Shown: positions 21,936 to 35,649, counted from the whole stretch's first letter. The stretch: 54,569 nucleotides of DNA, filler included, from Sphacelaria rigidula (GCA_964200075.2; 5 parts of 5 records of this genome joined end to end with filler, not necessarily neighbours in it); one strand, 5' to 3'. Program-made: numbers and translations. The notes: a model not told the origin generated them from the sequence alone.

Positions 21936-24900
21936 GTGCATGCAACACGCCCTTTGATGGCAGTTGCCCTGCCCGACACTGGCTCGCCACAAACTTTCAT
22001 CACAGCCAGCTGCTGGCAACACATGATGAATGCTGGAGCAGCAGACAAACATGCATTTCTACTGTTCCGCCTCGTGTTTTTGGTGGGTTTGGTGCCTCCA
22101 CTCCCCTTACGGTTGATCAATCAGTACGACTCAGTGTGCAATTCTTCGATGACATGGATCCCACTGCACGATTAGCTGTGTGGACACTTATTGTGCCCGA
22201 TGGTTCCATGTCGATTGATGTTCTCTTGTGACGTGATAGCTGGCTACGTTTTCCCACACATACATACACGACAAACTCACCTGTTCTGAATCGACCACTG
22301 ACAGGCAGATTAAAATTGGGATATCACCACGCTGATCCAGGGGCTCAGGCCTATGTCGATGACCCAACACAAACAGGTGATGCTTTTCGACTGTATTATG
22401 TTAGAGACCACGTCGTCTCTCTGTCCCGTGAACCTCAACACATCCATGTGAATTTTGTGAGACGGAACGGATCCCCCGCCCTCACTGGACAGTACCTGGT
22501 CGACTTAACCAATCCCAACCAAACCCCAGAGAGTATTCCTCCCTTTGATCAGACCGATATCTTTGTCCATGAGGGTCGGCAATCCATTCCCCTCACGTCC
22601 TCTGAATGTCTCGATGTCCTCCCTGGTCAATTATTGGGTTTTGCTCAAGCGCCCCACCTACGGGCAGCCTTGTCGAATGTATGTCTGAAGGTGCCACCGC
22701 AAACATCATCAGACAGCTCAGAGACAAACGGTTCCACTTCGTTCGACAAGACTGACCCCATGGTTGTAGATGAATCGACTGATACGCCTGACACAAACCC
22801 TCCGACTGCCTTACTAGACACATTCTCGCCAGAGCAACGTGTTAGTTTTCAACGATTATGGGATGAAATTCCCCTCCTTTGAGACACATTGCATTTGATT
22901 TATCTGCTGAGAGTTGGACACCCACGGTGGTTGATCAGTTGCGCTCCATCTTGATACGATACTCTGAACGGTTTTCCAAATTGTCAAGAGATTCAGGCCG
23001 CTGCAACACTATACCGTTCAAAATCAACATTCCTGATGGCACGACATCTATCGCCATGCGTCCGTACCGTACAAACCCTCTTCTAGCAGGTAAAATTCAA
23101 GTAATTCTCGACGAATACTTGTCCGCCGGGTTAATACGGCACTCAACGTCTCCGTGGGCCTCGTCTTTGGTAGTCGTCTGGAAGAAGAATGGTAAGATCC
23201 GACTGACCGTCAATTATCAACGATTGAACGCAGTACCCAAAATCGCACGTCTACCTCTTCCCCGGATAGATGAAATTATCGACTCCCTCGGCGGGGGCGA
23301 AGTTTTTTTGGACTTCGACATGCAGTCCGGTTACCACCAACTGATGATGGATCCGCACTCTATCGAGCTGACGGCGTTTTGCACCCAGTCAGGGCTACAT
23401 GAGTGGCTGGTCACTCCACGAGGTGCCGCCGGCGCCCCCGGAGCGTTTCAACGTGTGATGTTTCGCGTCATTGGTGGACTGTCCAAATGCCGCATGTACC
23501 TCGATGATGCGGTCATTCACGGCAGTACACCTGCTGAGCACGTCGAACATTTGGCGTCCTTCTTTGCTCGTTTTGAACAGCACAATTTGAAGTTCGCCCC
23601 ATCTAAATCCCGTATTGTACCCACGCGCATCGAGTTCCTAGGCCATTGTATCAGCCCTGAAGGTCGTAGCCCCAACCTCGACAAAGTTGCCGCACTTAGA
23701 AAGATGCCCATGCCACGTGATGTCTCTCAACTGCGCTCTTTACTCGGTGGTTTGAGTTACTACCGTCAATATCTGCCAAATATCGCCCAAGCTCTAAAAC
23801 CTCTCACCACCCTCCTCAAGAAGAGGGTGAAATTCGTGTTCAAGTCGGCAATGGAAAACATTGTACGAGAGCAGCTCGACACATTGTCAAAGCCACCAAT
23901 TCTGGTTTTTCCAGACTGGTCAGCTGCTGAAAATGGCTCCCGTCCGTTTCGACTTCACAAGGATTCTTCGAAAATTGGGTTTGGCTGCACACTGGGACAG
24001 GAACAAGACGATGCTGGCGTTCGCCCCATTATATATCTGAGTCGAACCACCTACCCAAACGAACAGAACTGGTCCGTTATGGAACAAGAAGCAGGTGCAA
24101 TTGTTTGGGGAGTGCGCCGACTCCGGCAATATTTGTATGACCTCCCGTTTGTGATTTATACAGACCAAAAGGCTTTGGAAAACCTCACCAAAATGGTGGA
24201 ACACAACGCCCGGGTTAAACGCTAGTTTGAAATCCTGTCTTCCTACAGCTTCACGTTGAAGTACCGCACAGGTCCCCAAAACGCAAACGCCGACTTCCTG
24301 ACACGCTTGCCCTTACCAGCCCAACCCATCGACAACTCCGCCTTGGGTCGCATCACAGACCCCACCGAAGACATTATATATTTCATAAGCACAAATGGTC
24401 ATCGCGGACTCTATACTCCACTCTCACTGAACCACAACTCGGCACTTGTTGATAATAAGCTGACACCTTCGGCTCACGCTTCTGTATTGGGCAGTGTGGC
24501 CCCACGATCGTTGTGTTCAGTTGGGAGTGAAATTCGTGCAACTACCGGCGGGTATGATAAATTTCGTGCGTCTGATCATCGGATGGGTTGCACTGTAGAG
24601 CCGATTTCTACTGACTGCGTCCTCCCGGTTCAAGTCCGAGGCCTCATCTCGAGCCGGACCCGAGGACGCCGGGCCCCGGAAACGGCTGCCGCCCTGGCAG
24701 CAGCCGGCCCAGACCTCCCAATCCCCAACGCCATTCCAGTACCCGATAGCCTCCTTGCGCCCCCGCTACCTCGACGGCGCAAAACCCCGAAAAATCGGCA
24801 CCTTCCAAACCGCCTCTGCCCACCATAGTCCAGACCTCGAGTGTGCCTCCTCCACCTCGTAATGGTACCACCTCCGATACCACACCATCCGACGCCCTCC

Positions 24901-26840
24901 ACAACGTAGGAATAGAGGTGAACGTACCGTTTGAGAATACATCGACCACCCTTTCTGACCTTGATCCAAATAACGCCTCGTGTCCATCCCACAGCGATCC
25001 GATCCCCTGCGTTTTGGACAACACCTCCGACACTGTAATCAAGGAACTGACCCTCTTTTCTCACGCCGATTGAACCCGGGAACAGCAAGCTGAACCTGCT
25101 TGTAGAGCAGCTATACATTATCTATCCAAAGGATGCCCCTCTCCCTTTCCAGAAACTGAGTTCATTTTGCCAGTAGGGCCCCAGCGAGCCCCCACACAGG
25201 ATGAAGTTACTGAATTATCGCGTAAAGGCAGGCTTTATACGGATGATGATGGCATTGTTCTTTTAGTTCACCGCCCCCCCACGAAACCTCCTGAGGGAAT
25301 CCTACAAGTAGTCACACTCGTCTGTTGGGTGATGACCCCGTACGTATTTATGTTCCGATGCTTCTGCGTCCATGGGTTCTCCATGAATGCCACTCACAGG
25401 CATCCACACATCTGGGCGTCGCTACGATCTGCCAGATGCTTCAGCGTTTTTTTTGGTGGATTTGTATGGACCAATGTGTGCGTTGGTGGGTTCGGCGGTG
25501 TCTTCTTTGCCAAGCACGCAAACCTTCGCGCCAAACCGTTAGATGGCCGGAAATCTCTATGCCCCCCCCCAATGGGCCTGGTAAAATAGTTTCATGGGAC
25601 TACTTTTGCCCCCTGCCCCTCACTGATAGTGGTAACAAGTACAATTTGTTATTTACCGATCGGTTCAGTCGACATGCTGTGATGAATGCTGTCTCGGAGG
25701 CCATCTATAGTGCAGAAGGGACTGCCAACGTTCTCGTGTACACATACATCCCTCAGTGGGGCGTCCCCAAAGGTTTGTTATCCGATAACGGCCCACATTT
25801 TGCCGGCAAACCTTCTGCCGCGATCAGTAATGTCCTGGGTGCCGATCGTATTTTTACTAGTTCATACCATCCGTCCACAAACGGTGGGACCGAACGAGTT
25901 AATCACACGATGGCGCAAATGCTTGCCACAGTGACCAATGAGCGACAAACGGACTGGGACCTGCACTTACCCCTTGTCCAAATGAACTACAACAACTCCG
26001 TCAATGCCGCCACAGGCTTGGCTCCCAATGAAGTTCATATTGGTCGTATGCCCAGGCTGCCATTGACAGTGTTCGACAGGAAACCCCTGGTGGTCATCAG
26101 AGTTTGGATCGGGATATTGTGGAGTATCATATGTCTGTCAGTAATCGTCTTCGTCTTGTATATGAGGGGGTACGGGAGCAGAACTTGATCAACGCAGCAA
26201 AGTTAGCTAAGGCAAACAGCGTGTTGGATGATGCAGTGAACAACCGTCCGGTGTGGAAAGTAGATGAATGGGCACTGGTGTATAACGATGTGAGAACGGT
26301 AACCCAAGGTGCAAGCTCTGCTAAGTCGTCGTCGGATAAGGTGTTGAAGTCGAAGCTTTGCTTGAATTGGACTGGTCCTTGGAAAATTTTGGGAGTTGGG
26401 CCCTGTGATACCGCACCTGACGATAAACCAGTAGGTGAGAAGCTTTTGTATTTGGATTTTCCCACGGATGAACCTGGCGTCAAACCCAAGAACCGGGTCT
26501 CGATGCTTCGGTGCAAGCCGTGTCTGCCCCCTCACGACACTCGTGATATGCCCAAGCAATTGCCTATGGGGCTCAGTTAGTATATGCTAACCAGGTATGC
26601 GGCGAAATCCCCACCGTACCACATGACGGTTGAAGACGCTGACGGTCCTCTTGAGCGTGTAGTGGTAGATCGCATCTTGGGCAATCAATTAGTTCGAGGT
26701 CGAGGCGGTAAAATCGCGGTTATGTGTCAGACTCACTGGAAAGGCCTCATGCGTGTTACGTGGGAACGGGAGGAGGATTTGCGTCATTTTCGAAGAGAGA
26801 TACTTTTATACTGAGTCGGAGATGTCGTCCAACACCGCCC
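21936..26840 (+). mobile_element. pol: Ty3/gypsy pol (PR-RT-RNase H-INT-chromodomain-like), pseudogenised
   Basis: PR ALPDTGS; RT SPWAS, LPRIDE, D..SGYHQ, TAF, YLDD, FLGH; RNase H HKDSS, EQEA, YTDQ; INT H-H-C-C (HECH..H..CLLC), SWDY, LSDNG, NGGTERVN, WTGPW; chromo-like VDRILG..HWKG..TWERE. Confidence 0.95.
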
Positions 26841-26842
26841 GT

Positions 26843-27080
26843 GAGTGATGCTGCGATAGGGTCTGCACTTTTGGGGCCAAAACCGGCCTGAGAAAATTCA
26901 ATATCTGAGAATATTGTGACCTCCGCCCGAACCTCAGACTGGAGTTATCTCATGGGTCATGGATGCATGTTCCACCCTGAGGCTTTAAGAACTGTGGTGA
27001 GAGTCAAAGGTGATTCGACATGCCTAAATCCCGATATCCTCTCAGGCCGCAAAAGCGCAGACCCTATCGCAGCATCACTC
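26843..27080. mobile_element. MITE-2 (238 bp)
   Basis: 30-bp TIR GAGTGATGCTGCGATAGGGTCTGC(A/G)CTTTT with one mismatch; CGT on both flanks. Confidence 0.9.
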
Positions 27081-27567
27081 CGTGACTCTTTACACTGTGA
27101 CCCGTGCACACGATCACATATTCTCTTGCATGACACGCGTGCCCCCCCCTCCCATCCTACCCATTTTATCCCGTGGGTCGATCCTTCATACACACGTCCC
27201 CCGTTTTGTTTACTGTCCTGACGCCCCTTCGTACGCGAATCATTTTTTATCGGGCGCGGCATTTTTTTCACACCAGGCTACGTTGCAGTCAAGTATTCGG
27301 AGCTTTCACAGTCTGTCTGTACACGATTATCCCGAATCTAGACCAGCCCGGGCTGATGCCTCGGCGGTTTTTTTCGGCAGACACGTGCACACTACCGGTC
27401 TGTACGCATTGCCTGTTCAATCACAGGTAGCACATCATACCTCTGTGCCGCGTCTCTCTCCCCCTGCAGTAATAATACACCCCGTATCGTGGTATCCAGT
27501 ATGGGCAGAGGATTCATAGATACCATCCCAAGCTGTACATTTAGAATCTGCAGGGCGTTTTCAAAAT

Positions 27568-30500
27568 GTGTTGCAGCCCCTGTCCAACCTCTCGCCACAA
27601 CATGACCACATAACCCCCTCATCGTTCCACAACACTACGCCTCGCTCACTCATCAACCTTTTGATTTCCACAATGACTATGTCGCGCATGTGCGCAGGTA
27701 ACCAAAGCATGTCTGACATCGGCCGATCACCGGCTTCTCCAGCTTTCGGTGCCGTTGAAGACGGCTGGAACATCTCGGCAAGCAGTGACTCTGTCAGTAT
27801 CGTAGACATTGCTAGTGATCAATCGATCGAAAACAATGATGAGCTTGTGGATGCACACATCCCGCCCAACACGGCGTTGCTTGGTATGCAAGGGTATATT
27901 GATCCTCCGCTGTACGCCGCCGCTGCTTCAGGCACAGATGATCACGGTCTGGGCATGGACACCACCAGTAGTGGTGACCAGACCACATCCAGCATTCTCC
28001 CGTCCGTTCCAACCCCCGTAGAATCTGCTGCAGTAGGAACCTCAGCCCCTATCGCACCAAAGATTTCCCGGACGATGGAAAAATCACCGTCGGTGCGCCC
28101 TCTCAAGAAAGTACGGGACAAAGCGAAAGCTCAGTTTCAACATAGCCACCCGTCAGCTATCCCAGCTCACATGTGGGAAAAATTATCTCACATCGAGCAA
28201 GCTGCGTACTGGGATGATCTCCTTGGCCACCCGACCCAAGCACAAATAGAACGGAAAAATCGTGATGCCTTCGAGCGTGCACAAAAACTCACACGCGTTC
28301 GTGAGGAAGTAGATGTGAAACGGAGAGCGCTCACTGAAGATCAAAACAAGGAGGCTCGCCTCCTTCGTCAATCAGCCAAGAGTCTCCGTGAAGCGGAGCT
28401 CCAGTACCAGCAAGCCATACAGCAGCACAATTCCACGGCAGAACAAACTACCGTGCGAATTTCGGTTTTTCAATCATCTTTGGAGGAACAGTTGCGCCAA
28501 CTACGACTACTCACCCACGATTCCGTGGGGTCAGCTGATGAAACTGAACCTTCATCCACTATCCCGACACCGCCCACAACCGCTCCCCCCACAGTGTCTA
28601 ACATACCCACGGGTCTTTCCTTGATGCCGATGCAGACAACTGCAACGGGATATACGACCTTGTCTAGGGTCCCACCCACGTACAACAGCAACCAGCCCCC
28701 CCCCCCCCCCCCCCTACGGCACCCCCTCCCCAAACACGGTCCCCGTCATATGCTATGGCGGCTACCACATCGACAGCGGTATCTCACACAGCCCCTAAAA
28801 TCGGTCCCAAGGATCCTCAATCACACACACTGGATCTTTCTGGTGTGGAGACCTTGTCAGGTGTCCGACTATACGATTTCGTTCATGACCCCACCAACCT
28901 TTTGTCTTATGCATGTCACGACCGGAGGCTTACTGTCCCCGTGACGGACAAAGCTAGAGGCTTGCTCACATGGTTCCCCCACCACCGGAAAACCGCCACG
29001 CTCGCAGGCGTAGTGCAGACAGTTCAAACTCAACCTCTATCGGACACAAGTCGCGAAATCTGTGACGATTACGTGCAACCACTCATTGGGCTGTTCAATG
29101 AGATTGAGTAAACACGCACTACGTTTTACGAACACGGCAAATTCATGACAGCACAACAGCTGCAAAGCACAGGTGGTACAAACCGCCTTTCCGGTGATGG
29201 AGCCCAGACGAGTAGTACGGAGATTAAGTCGTCGATGGATGGCACACCCAAGGGAAGAAGAAAAACAGGATGAAGGAAGGTAACGTGACCACGGGGACAA
29301 AGCACCCGCGATCGCATCGCCCTCCAACGTCTGTTCGTAAATCCACTACATCCCTTCAGTCTGACAGTGACTCGACCAGTACGGGATGTTCAGATGAAAA
29401 TGCACGTATCCCCACCTCCCGTTCTGCGGCGCCCACTCTCGCCGATTTTCTCCCTCTCTCGTCTAATGTCGCTAAATAGCGGCACGCGGCAAACAAGATT
29501 AAGAAGGGACCCGAAACCACTCAAAACAACTCGAAGCAAGTTCAATTTGCTTCCTCTACCCCCTCTCCTCCACCTAGCAGCCCTTCTCCGCCCCCCCAGC
29601 CCCCTAGTCCATCAAGCGTGCGCCGAGCATACCTAAATTTGGATCTCGAGTTTGTGGGCAAGGTCAAGCCTTCCCTTCCGTTTCCAATGGGATCAGATGT
29701 AGGTCTGTCGTGTAGTCAGCTACAGCAATCCTTGACAACCGTGATGAGTGATATTCTGTCAATTTGTGACAATCAATTCGTCGACCTGCAGTCTAGCACG
29801 TTGGTTCCACAAGCTACGCAGTTGTCTACAATGTTTGACACTCACTTCGACCAAGTCGCTCGTAACCTCACGCTCGGTACACGTGGATATTAGGCATTCA
29901 CGTCGCTACTCAGATTGATCAGCTCATCACTTGATACAAGCTATGAAGGTGAATCAATTGAACGCCTTCTCACGTTCACGGTACCGGTTGATACGCCATT
30001 CGACCAGTATCTCAAGGAATTCCGTACGTTGATTTCTGTCATGGTTGACGGGGGCCGTGAGCTCGCCCAAACAGAAGAAATGGTGATGAGTATTTCTCGT
30101 TCCGATATGGAACGACAGTACCCTAGCCTGATGCCGACTGTACTTATGTGTGAGAAGGCAACCGTTTCAGTTCCATACCCTGACCTCGACAGCATGTGGA
30201 GGCAGTTTGATGGATTGCGGTCGAACCGGACTCCGGCGATAGCCGTGACGGATGCGAAGCAAAATGGCACCCCTGCAAGCGGTGGTACTGCCCAGGCTTC
30301 CGTCACTCCACCGTCCTTTTCGGTAGCTGCACCTCTTGTGTCACGATCGAAGCCGACACGCCCTAAAGCGAGTCAGCCTGCGTGGATTCCTGGGTCCATG
30401 TCCACAACTGGTGAGGTCATGTTCACAGCCCCTGTACAATACCCTGACGCGTTTGCCAGTCAATTCCCCAGTTGGCCCTTCGCGGCCGAAATTTGGCCTG

Positions 30501-32703
30501 AGGTTTTCCAAGTTAGCACTTCCATAAACAACTCGGATCCCCCCCCCTGGGCTTGGGATGTAGACCCTCACCTAAGGTCTGAATTGATTCTCAACTGTAA
30601 ACACCGCTGTCTAAACCGTGGTATTTGGTTCGACGAACAGACGGGATACTCTGCGGATGGTCGCGTTCCGATGCACTCAATGCGCAACTGTGAAGAACCT
30701 TTCACGAACGCATTTGGTGTACTTAACCCGATGTTCCTCGACCCATAATATTCACACTACCGGCGGACTTGGACGGCCGCATTTCACACCAACGTCCAAG
30801 GCGCGGGAATCGTCACTATGGTAACGAACCCCGCGCACCCAACAACCAGTACCAACAACCCTACTATCAGACTCAGCAAGCCAACGCTGGCCGCTCGAGC
30901 CTGCCCCCCCTTCTCCTGGCGCTTTTCATCCGCAAATGCAGACTCAGTCACAAGATGCCCGCCAACCGTTCACAGCGGGAAATGCTGCACCGGCTGAACC
31001 CCGCCAGGAAGAGAACCGTTCCTCCACTGATGCTAAACGCACCACCTGACGGTGTTTTGGAAATGTAGGAATCCCCGCGTTTCCGAATAGCAAGTGGTGG
31101 GGTAACCCCGAGTGTGCGACTGCTGACGTCATAAAGCTGTCGCCCTCTACATGTTCTAATTAGACTCCTCGTCCATTCCCCATTTTCCGCCACAGGCCCA
31201 CATTAGGGAACCATTGATTGACGGCAACACGCCGCGGAAGTGCCCCCCCCTTTTCTTTCGCTCGGCCAGTAGACACTCATAACAAAACTGAATCAATGTT
31301 ATACGGCACAGGTTTAGGTTTGTGGTGCGGGTACACTGGGCTCGATCAGGCTGTCATGATGGGTTCCATGGCAGCAGAATCCCGTGCATCGTTACATGAC
31401 TCCCAGTGTTTTAATTCTAGAGCTGATCACCTAGTTTTACCTCCAAGTGGTATTACTCATAGCCAGTTGGATCCTTTCTCCCCGCGGGATCGACAGCCAT
31501 GTAGTGTAATATCTCCGGCTTCCGAAGCAGGTACATCTTTTGTCGCGGTAGCTGTTACCCCCGCAACTATTCATTGCGGGACAAAACAATCAAGGCCATA
31601 CACCAGCCCCCACACATGTTTAGGTGCCAAGCCGACCCTTGTTACACCCACGAACGAAATAACGTCGGTGCCCGGTCCCCTTTTATTTGGTGAGCGTAAT
31701 TTTTCGAGCACGGAGCGCAACCGTGTCGAACCCTGGCTTTCCGTCGCTCAGCGGGTTGGGAAGGAACCCCAAGTAACAGCGCCGGTGGAGCGCCACGAGC
31801 GTGACCAAAGGCGGACTGTCCTTGACCAATTCCCAATAGCCCCCGGAGCAGCCGAACCGTTGGTGCGCTATACGCGTCGACCTCGACGGGCTCCTCCGGA
31901 TGACCCTGTAAATATCCTTCAAGATACAGTTGCACCCGTCCACCGAAATCGTGAACGGGTGTGGGTCTCATCAGATGAAAACGATTCTGTCGATCAGGCC
32001 GGTGTTTCCCAGATTTCGAACAGATCAACACTGCTCCCTGACGACCCCTCACACACTATGTTAGAACCCACCGCTAAAATAGCGTTGTCGCCTGTTGGGT
32101 CAGATACTTCGCTGCCAATTGGGCGTTCGCCTCCTTGTCATGAAACCCCCCCGTCTAGTTCTCTATCACAAGGAAAACGTGGTGTAGTGACCGACGAGCC
32201 GTTCACACTTGACTGCTCGTCCCCTATTTTACCAACGTCGTCCCCCACTAAACGGGTAGCGAATTGACTACTGTAGCCAACTCGCCTCCACCCTGTGACG
32301 AAACGTCCCCTTGTTTGCCGCTACTTCATGCTGTACCTTCGCCAGCTTCGCAAACCGACGCTTCGCTACTTGTTGTGGCCGACCGAGGTAATTCAAACCA
32401 ACCCCACCAATTGTCGCGGCCAGCCACGACAACTGCCCTTCCCAGGCATCTTTCATCCCCTACAGTATACGAAATTCAACACTCCACAGATCCTCCACCA
32501 ACTGCGACCGACACTCCGTGCCCCAACACACCTGCGGACAGATTTCTTGCTCCAAAGAATCACCAACGTGTGTATTTCTGCACATCTGCTCACAATCACA
32601 AGCACGGTTTGTCCGCAGATTTTTTGCCAGAATTTGGACCGGATGAGTCATCCTACGATAGGGGGGGGGGGTATTTGGCTGCACGGAAAAAGAGGCTCAT
32701 AAG
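27568..32703 (+). pseudogene. Long, fragmented gag-like ORF1 and Pro/Ser/Thr-rich linker, probably from a gypsy element
   Basis: Chain of same-strand ORFs (458, 118, 91, 277, 349 and 163 aa); coiled-coil-like segment; capsid-like FDQYLKEFRTLI...QYPSLMPT; expanded knuckle-like CLN...HSMRNC. Assignment rests on recalled resemblance, not a search. Confidence 0.5.
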
Positions 32704-32803
32704 NNNNNNNNNNNNNNNNNNNNNNNNNNNNNNNNNNNNNNNNNNNNTTAATTAATTAANNNNNNNNNNNNNNNNNNNNNNNNNNNNNNNNNNNNNNNNN
32801 NNN
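32704..32803. other. Artificial contig linker
   Basis: 44 N + TTAATTAATTAA + 44 N. Confidence 0.98.
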
Positions 32804-33888
32804 AATGGACATCAACGAATCCTCTGGAGGGCATCTGATGCTCCAGTGAGTATTCCTTGAGTTTCCCGAATTATTCCCAGCTACCACCACAATAGCCCTG
32901 CAGGAAAGAGCACGGGTTGGGCACAGGCGTGGTGGCGGCACCACGCGGTGTACATAGGGTGCGGGGAATGACCGGCTTACTGCCTACACACTTCAGTCAT
33001 CATGGACAGTGCAGCCATAGACAAAGCTGCGCACGCTGTTCAAGCCATTTGCACGTCTCATTGTGAACAGAAAACATATATAGTCCTGCGTTGTCTGTAC
33101 TGTACTTTGTCCGCTTCCCTTTCACATCCTACTGACGGCAGTTGTGGGCATGCTGCAAGAACACGCGCAGTGGTCCATACTTCAGTAGCTGACGGTATAT
33201 AGCACCCCCATGTACGCAAAGTTACAGGTATCCACTCTGTATAGCCATACGTAGCCAATATGCCACGCTATAACTCTGCAGTATATTGCACCGTACATGT
33301 GTAGGCACGATATATAGTACTGTCCTGTACGGTATTGTACGCAGTCCACTATATTCAGCACCAAACCGCGTGCTTATTCTCGTTGTGATCGTCATATCAA
33401 AGTATATCCATGAAAAAATGTTTTGCTGTTTATATTCTATTCGTAGACCATGGACAACGGGGCTTTGAAAACCTGTACCTATACAAAAGCGAGGTATATC
33501 CCTTCAATGCACCACATACCCACCGGCTAATGCTGTGTAGCGCGGCCGCGTGAACATACACTCGTATGTGGGACTTGAACAGTAGAGGCTGCTCGTAAAC
33601 GAGTCTTTCCTTTACTCAATTACAGGATGAATTGATGGGCAAAAGGAAGATTTGTTTCGAACAGCTTATTTTGCTTTACGAATTCCATCTACCAGCGTAT
33701 ATGGGATTTGTACAGCCTTTGCTGTTCGAACTAAATCCTTTCTGCCCGACGTCGGGTACGTCGGATGTGAACGATTCATTTAGTACAGCAGGGGTTGTCC
33801 AAATTGCATTTTCCATAGCGTACGCGCTCTTCAAAAACAATCCGGAGGATTTCGACGCAGACCTTCGACGGAGACCCCAACCTTGAAA

Positions 33889-33955
33889 ACCCTCTAGAGG
33901 ATTACAAATGCCCAGTACCCTCTAGAGGATTACCAATGCCCAATATCCTCTAGAG
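33889..33955. repeat. 28-bp tandem repeat containing the palindrome CCTCTAGAGG
   Basis: CCCTCTAGAGGATTAC(A/C)AATGCCCA(G/A)TA twice plus a partial third unit. Confidence 0.8.
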
Positions 33956-34025
33956 AGCATTTTGAAAACGGACGATAGGGAGGGTTTCGTTTTACAAAAT
34001 CCTCTACAGGTAGCCGAATGGCCGC

Positions 34026-35645
34026 TTGTGATTACCGTGCTATTAATAAGCAGATTGAGAAAGTGCCGACTGTGACGCCAAACCAAGAAGCGGAGATGAC
34101 GGATTTGTTAGGGGCTGCTTGTTTGGGATAGCTAGACATGCTGTAAGGATACTGGCAGATGACGTTGGCGGCAGATACCCAAGAAATCTTCACGATCGCA
34201 AACCCTGACGGACTATTTACGCCTAAGCGCGTGCCCAAGGAGTACTCAACGCTACGGGGTATTTTCAGGGCACTATGACGGAGCTGTTGGCTGGACTTCC
34301 ATGTAAAGCGTGGGTAAATGACATCTTGTGGTGGGGGGAAAATGAAGATGACTTGCTGTGTACGCTGAATGCGATTTTAAGCCGCCTCGAGGATGCTGGT
34401 CTTCTGGCGGCTGCACACAAGTGCATGTTTTATGATACGCAAATTACGTGATGCGGAAAAGTTTTCTCGGGTGGGCAGGTGGCTCCCGACAGGGAGCGGC
34501 TGAGCGGTTTGGCGAATATGAGGCGTCCTCAAACCGCGGGCGAGTTGATGCAATTTTTGCAAGGCGTGAATTGGCTGCGGACGTCTCCTCTGCGCCTTGC
34601 TGAAGTGGTGGAGTCACTTCGTCTCCTGCTCGAGGAGCATATGGTGGGCAACGTGCGCCGTACAAAGCGGGTTGCTTCAAACAGGACAATCAAGGAGGCG
34701 GCGTGAACGTTTGAGCGTGCGCAAGCTTGGACACCGGCGCAAGATTTGGTGGCACATGCTGTTGCTCTGTCACATCCCAAGGAGGGCTATGAGGTGATGA
34801 TGTTTCCAGACGCGTCGGATCTTCATTGGGGTAGCTTCGCGACCCAGGTACCGAGAGCTGAATTGGACCGCGATATAGCGGCGGAGGATATGAGTCATGA
34901 GCCCCTAGGACTTTTCTGTGGGACGTTTCGAGGAGCGCAGTTGCGGTGGGCTACGATGGACAAGGAAGGATATGCCATCGTGAGTATGTTTCGTAGGTTG
35001 GAGAACTTTTTGTGGGGAGGAGTGACCATATTTACGGACCATCGCAATCTCGCTAATATTTTCGATCCAAAAACATGTGTGACCACACTGGCAAAAACTA
35101 TCGCTCAGCGCCTTGAACAACGGAAGACTGTACTCGGGGGCAGTATGATAATTCAACCAGGTACACTTTCTACGATACCCCCCCCAAAAAAAGTGCATGG
35201 TTTTGGGAGACATAATCTCTACGTGAATCGAAATGGCAAAAGCCAAGCACAACGAGCGGCTGGGAATTCCCACGCTTGGGTTCGTCCTAGCCGATGTCGC
35301 AAATAGGAGGCGCTTATACAGCCTGAATCCAAACATCAGGCGCTGTATGACCATTTTTCGTGACACTTTTGGGCTGGTTTGGGGGGGGGCTATAGTAGAA
35401 AGTGTCCAGGCATATTTCTGGTGAGCGTAACTGCTGAGGAGGTTTTGCTGTCCCGGTGAGTGAACGTTCCAGCGGCATCCGTGAGAACTATCGCTGTTTT
35501 TGCATTTGGAGAGCCTGATAAGACGCTGCCGTCGAAAGAGGCCGTTCGTAAAGCCCAAGAATGAGCCCGTGAGGGGTTAGGAAGTATGGTTGATGGGGCC
35601 GAGATGTTCACTGCTGCTGTTGGGCGTGTCTTCAAATACGGTCGC
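34026..35645 (+). pseudogene. pol: Gypsy RT-RNase H fragment
   Basis: DYRAINKQIE, GYWQM, WVND, FLQGVNWLR, MFPDASDLHWG, DKEGYAI, FTDHRNL, HISGERNC. Confidence 0.92.
35162..35405. mobile_element. MITE-3 (~245 bp) inside the RNase H C-terminus
   Basis: TIR ACACTTTCTAC(G/T)ATA.C-run-AAA; flanked by CCAGG on both sides. Confidence 0.85.
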
Positions 35646-35649
35646 ATAT

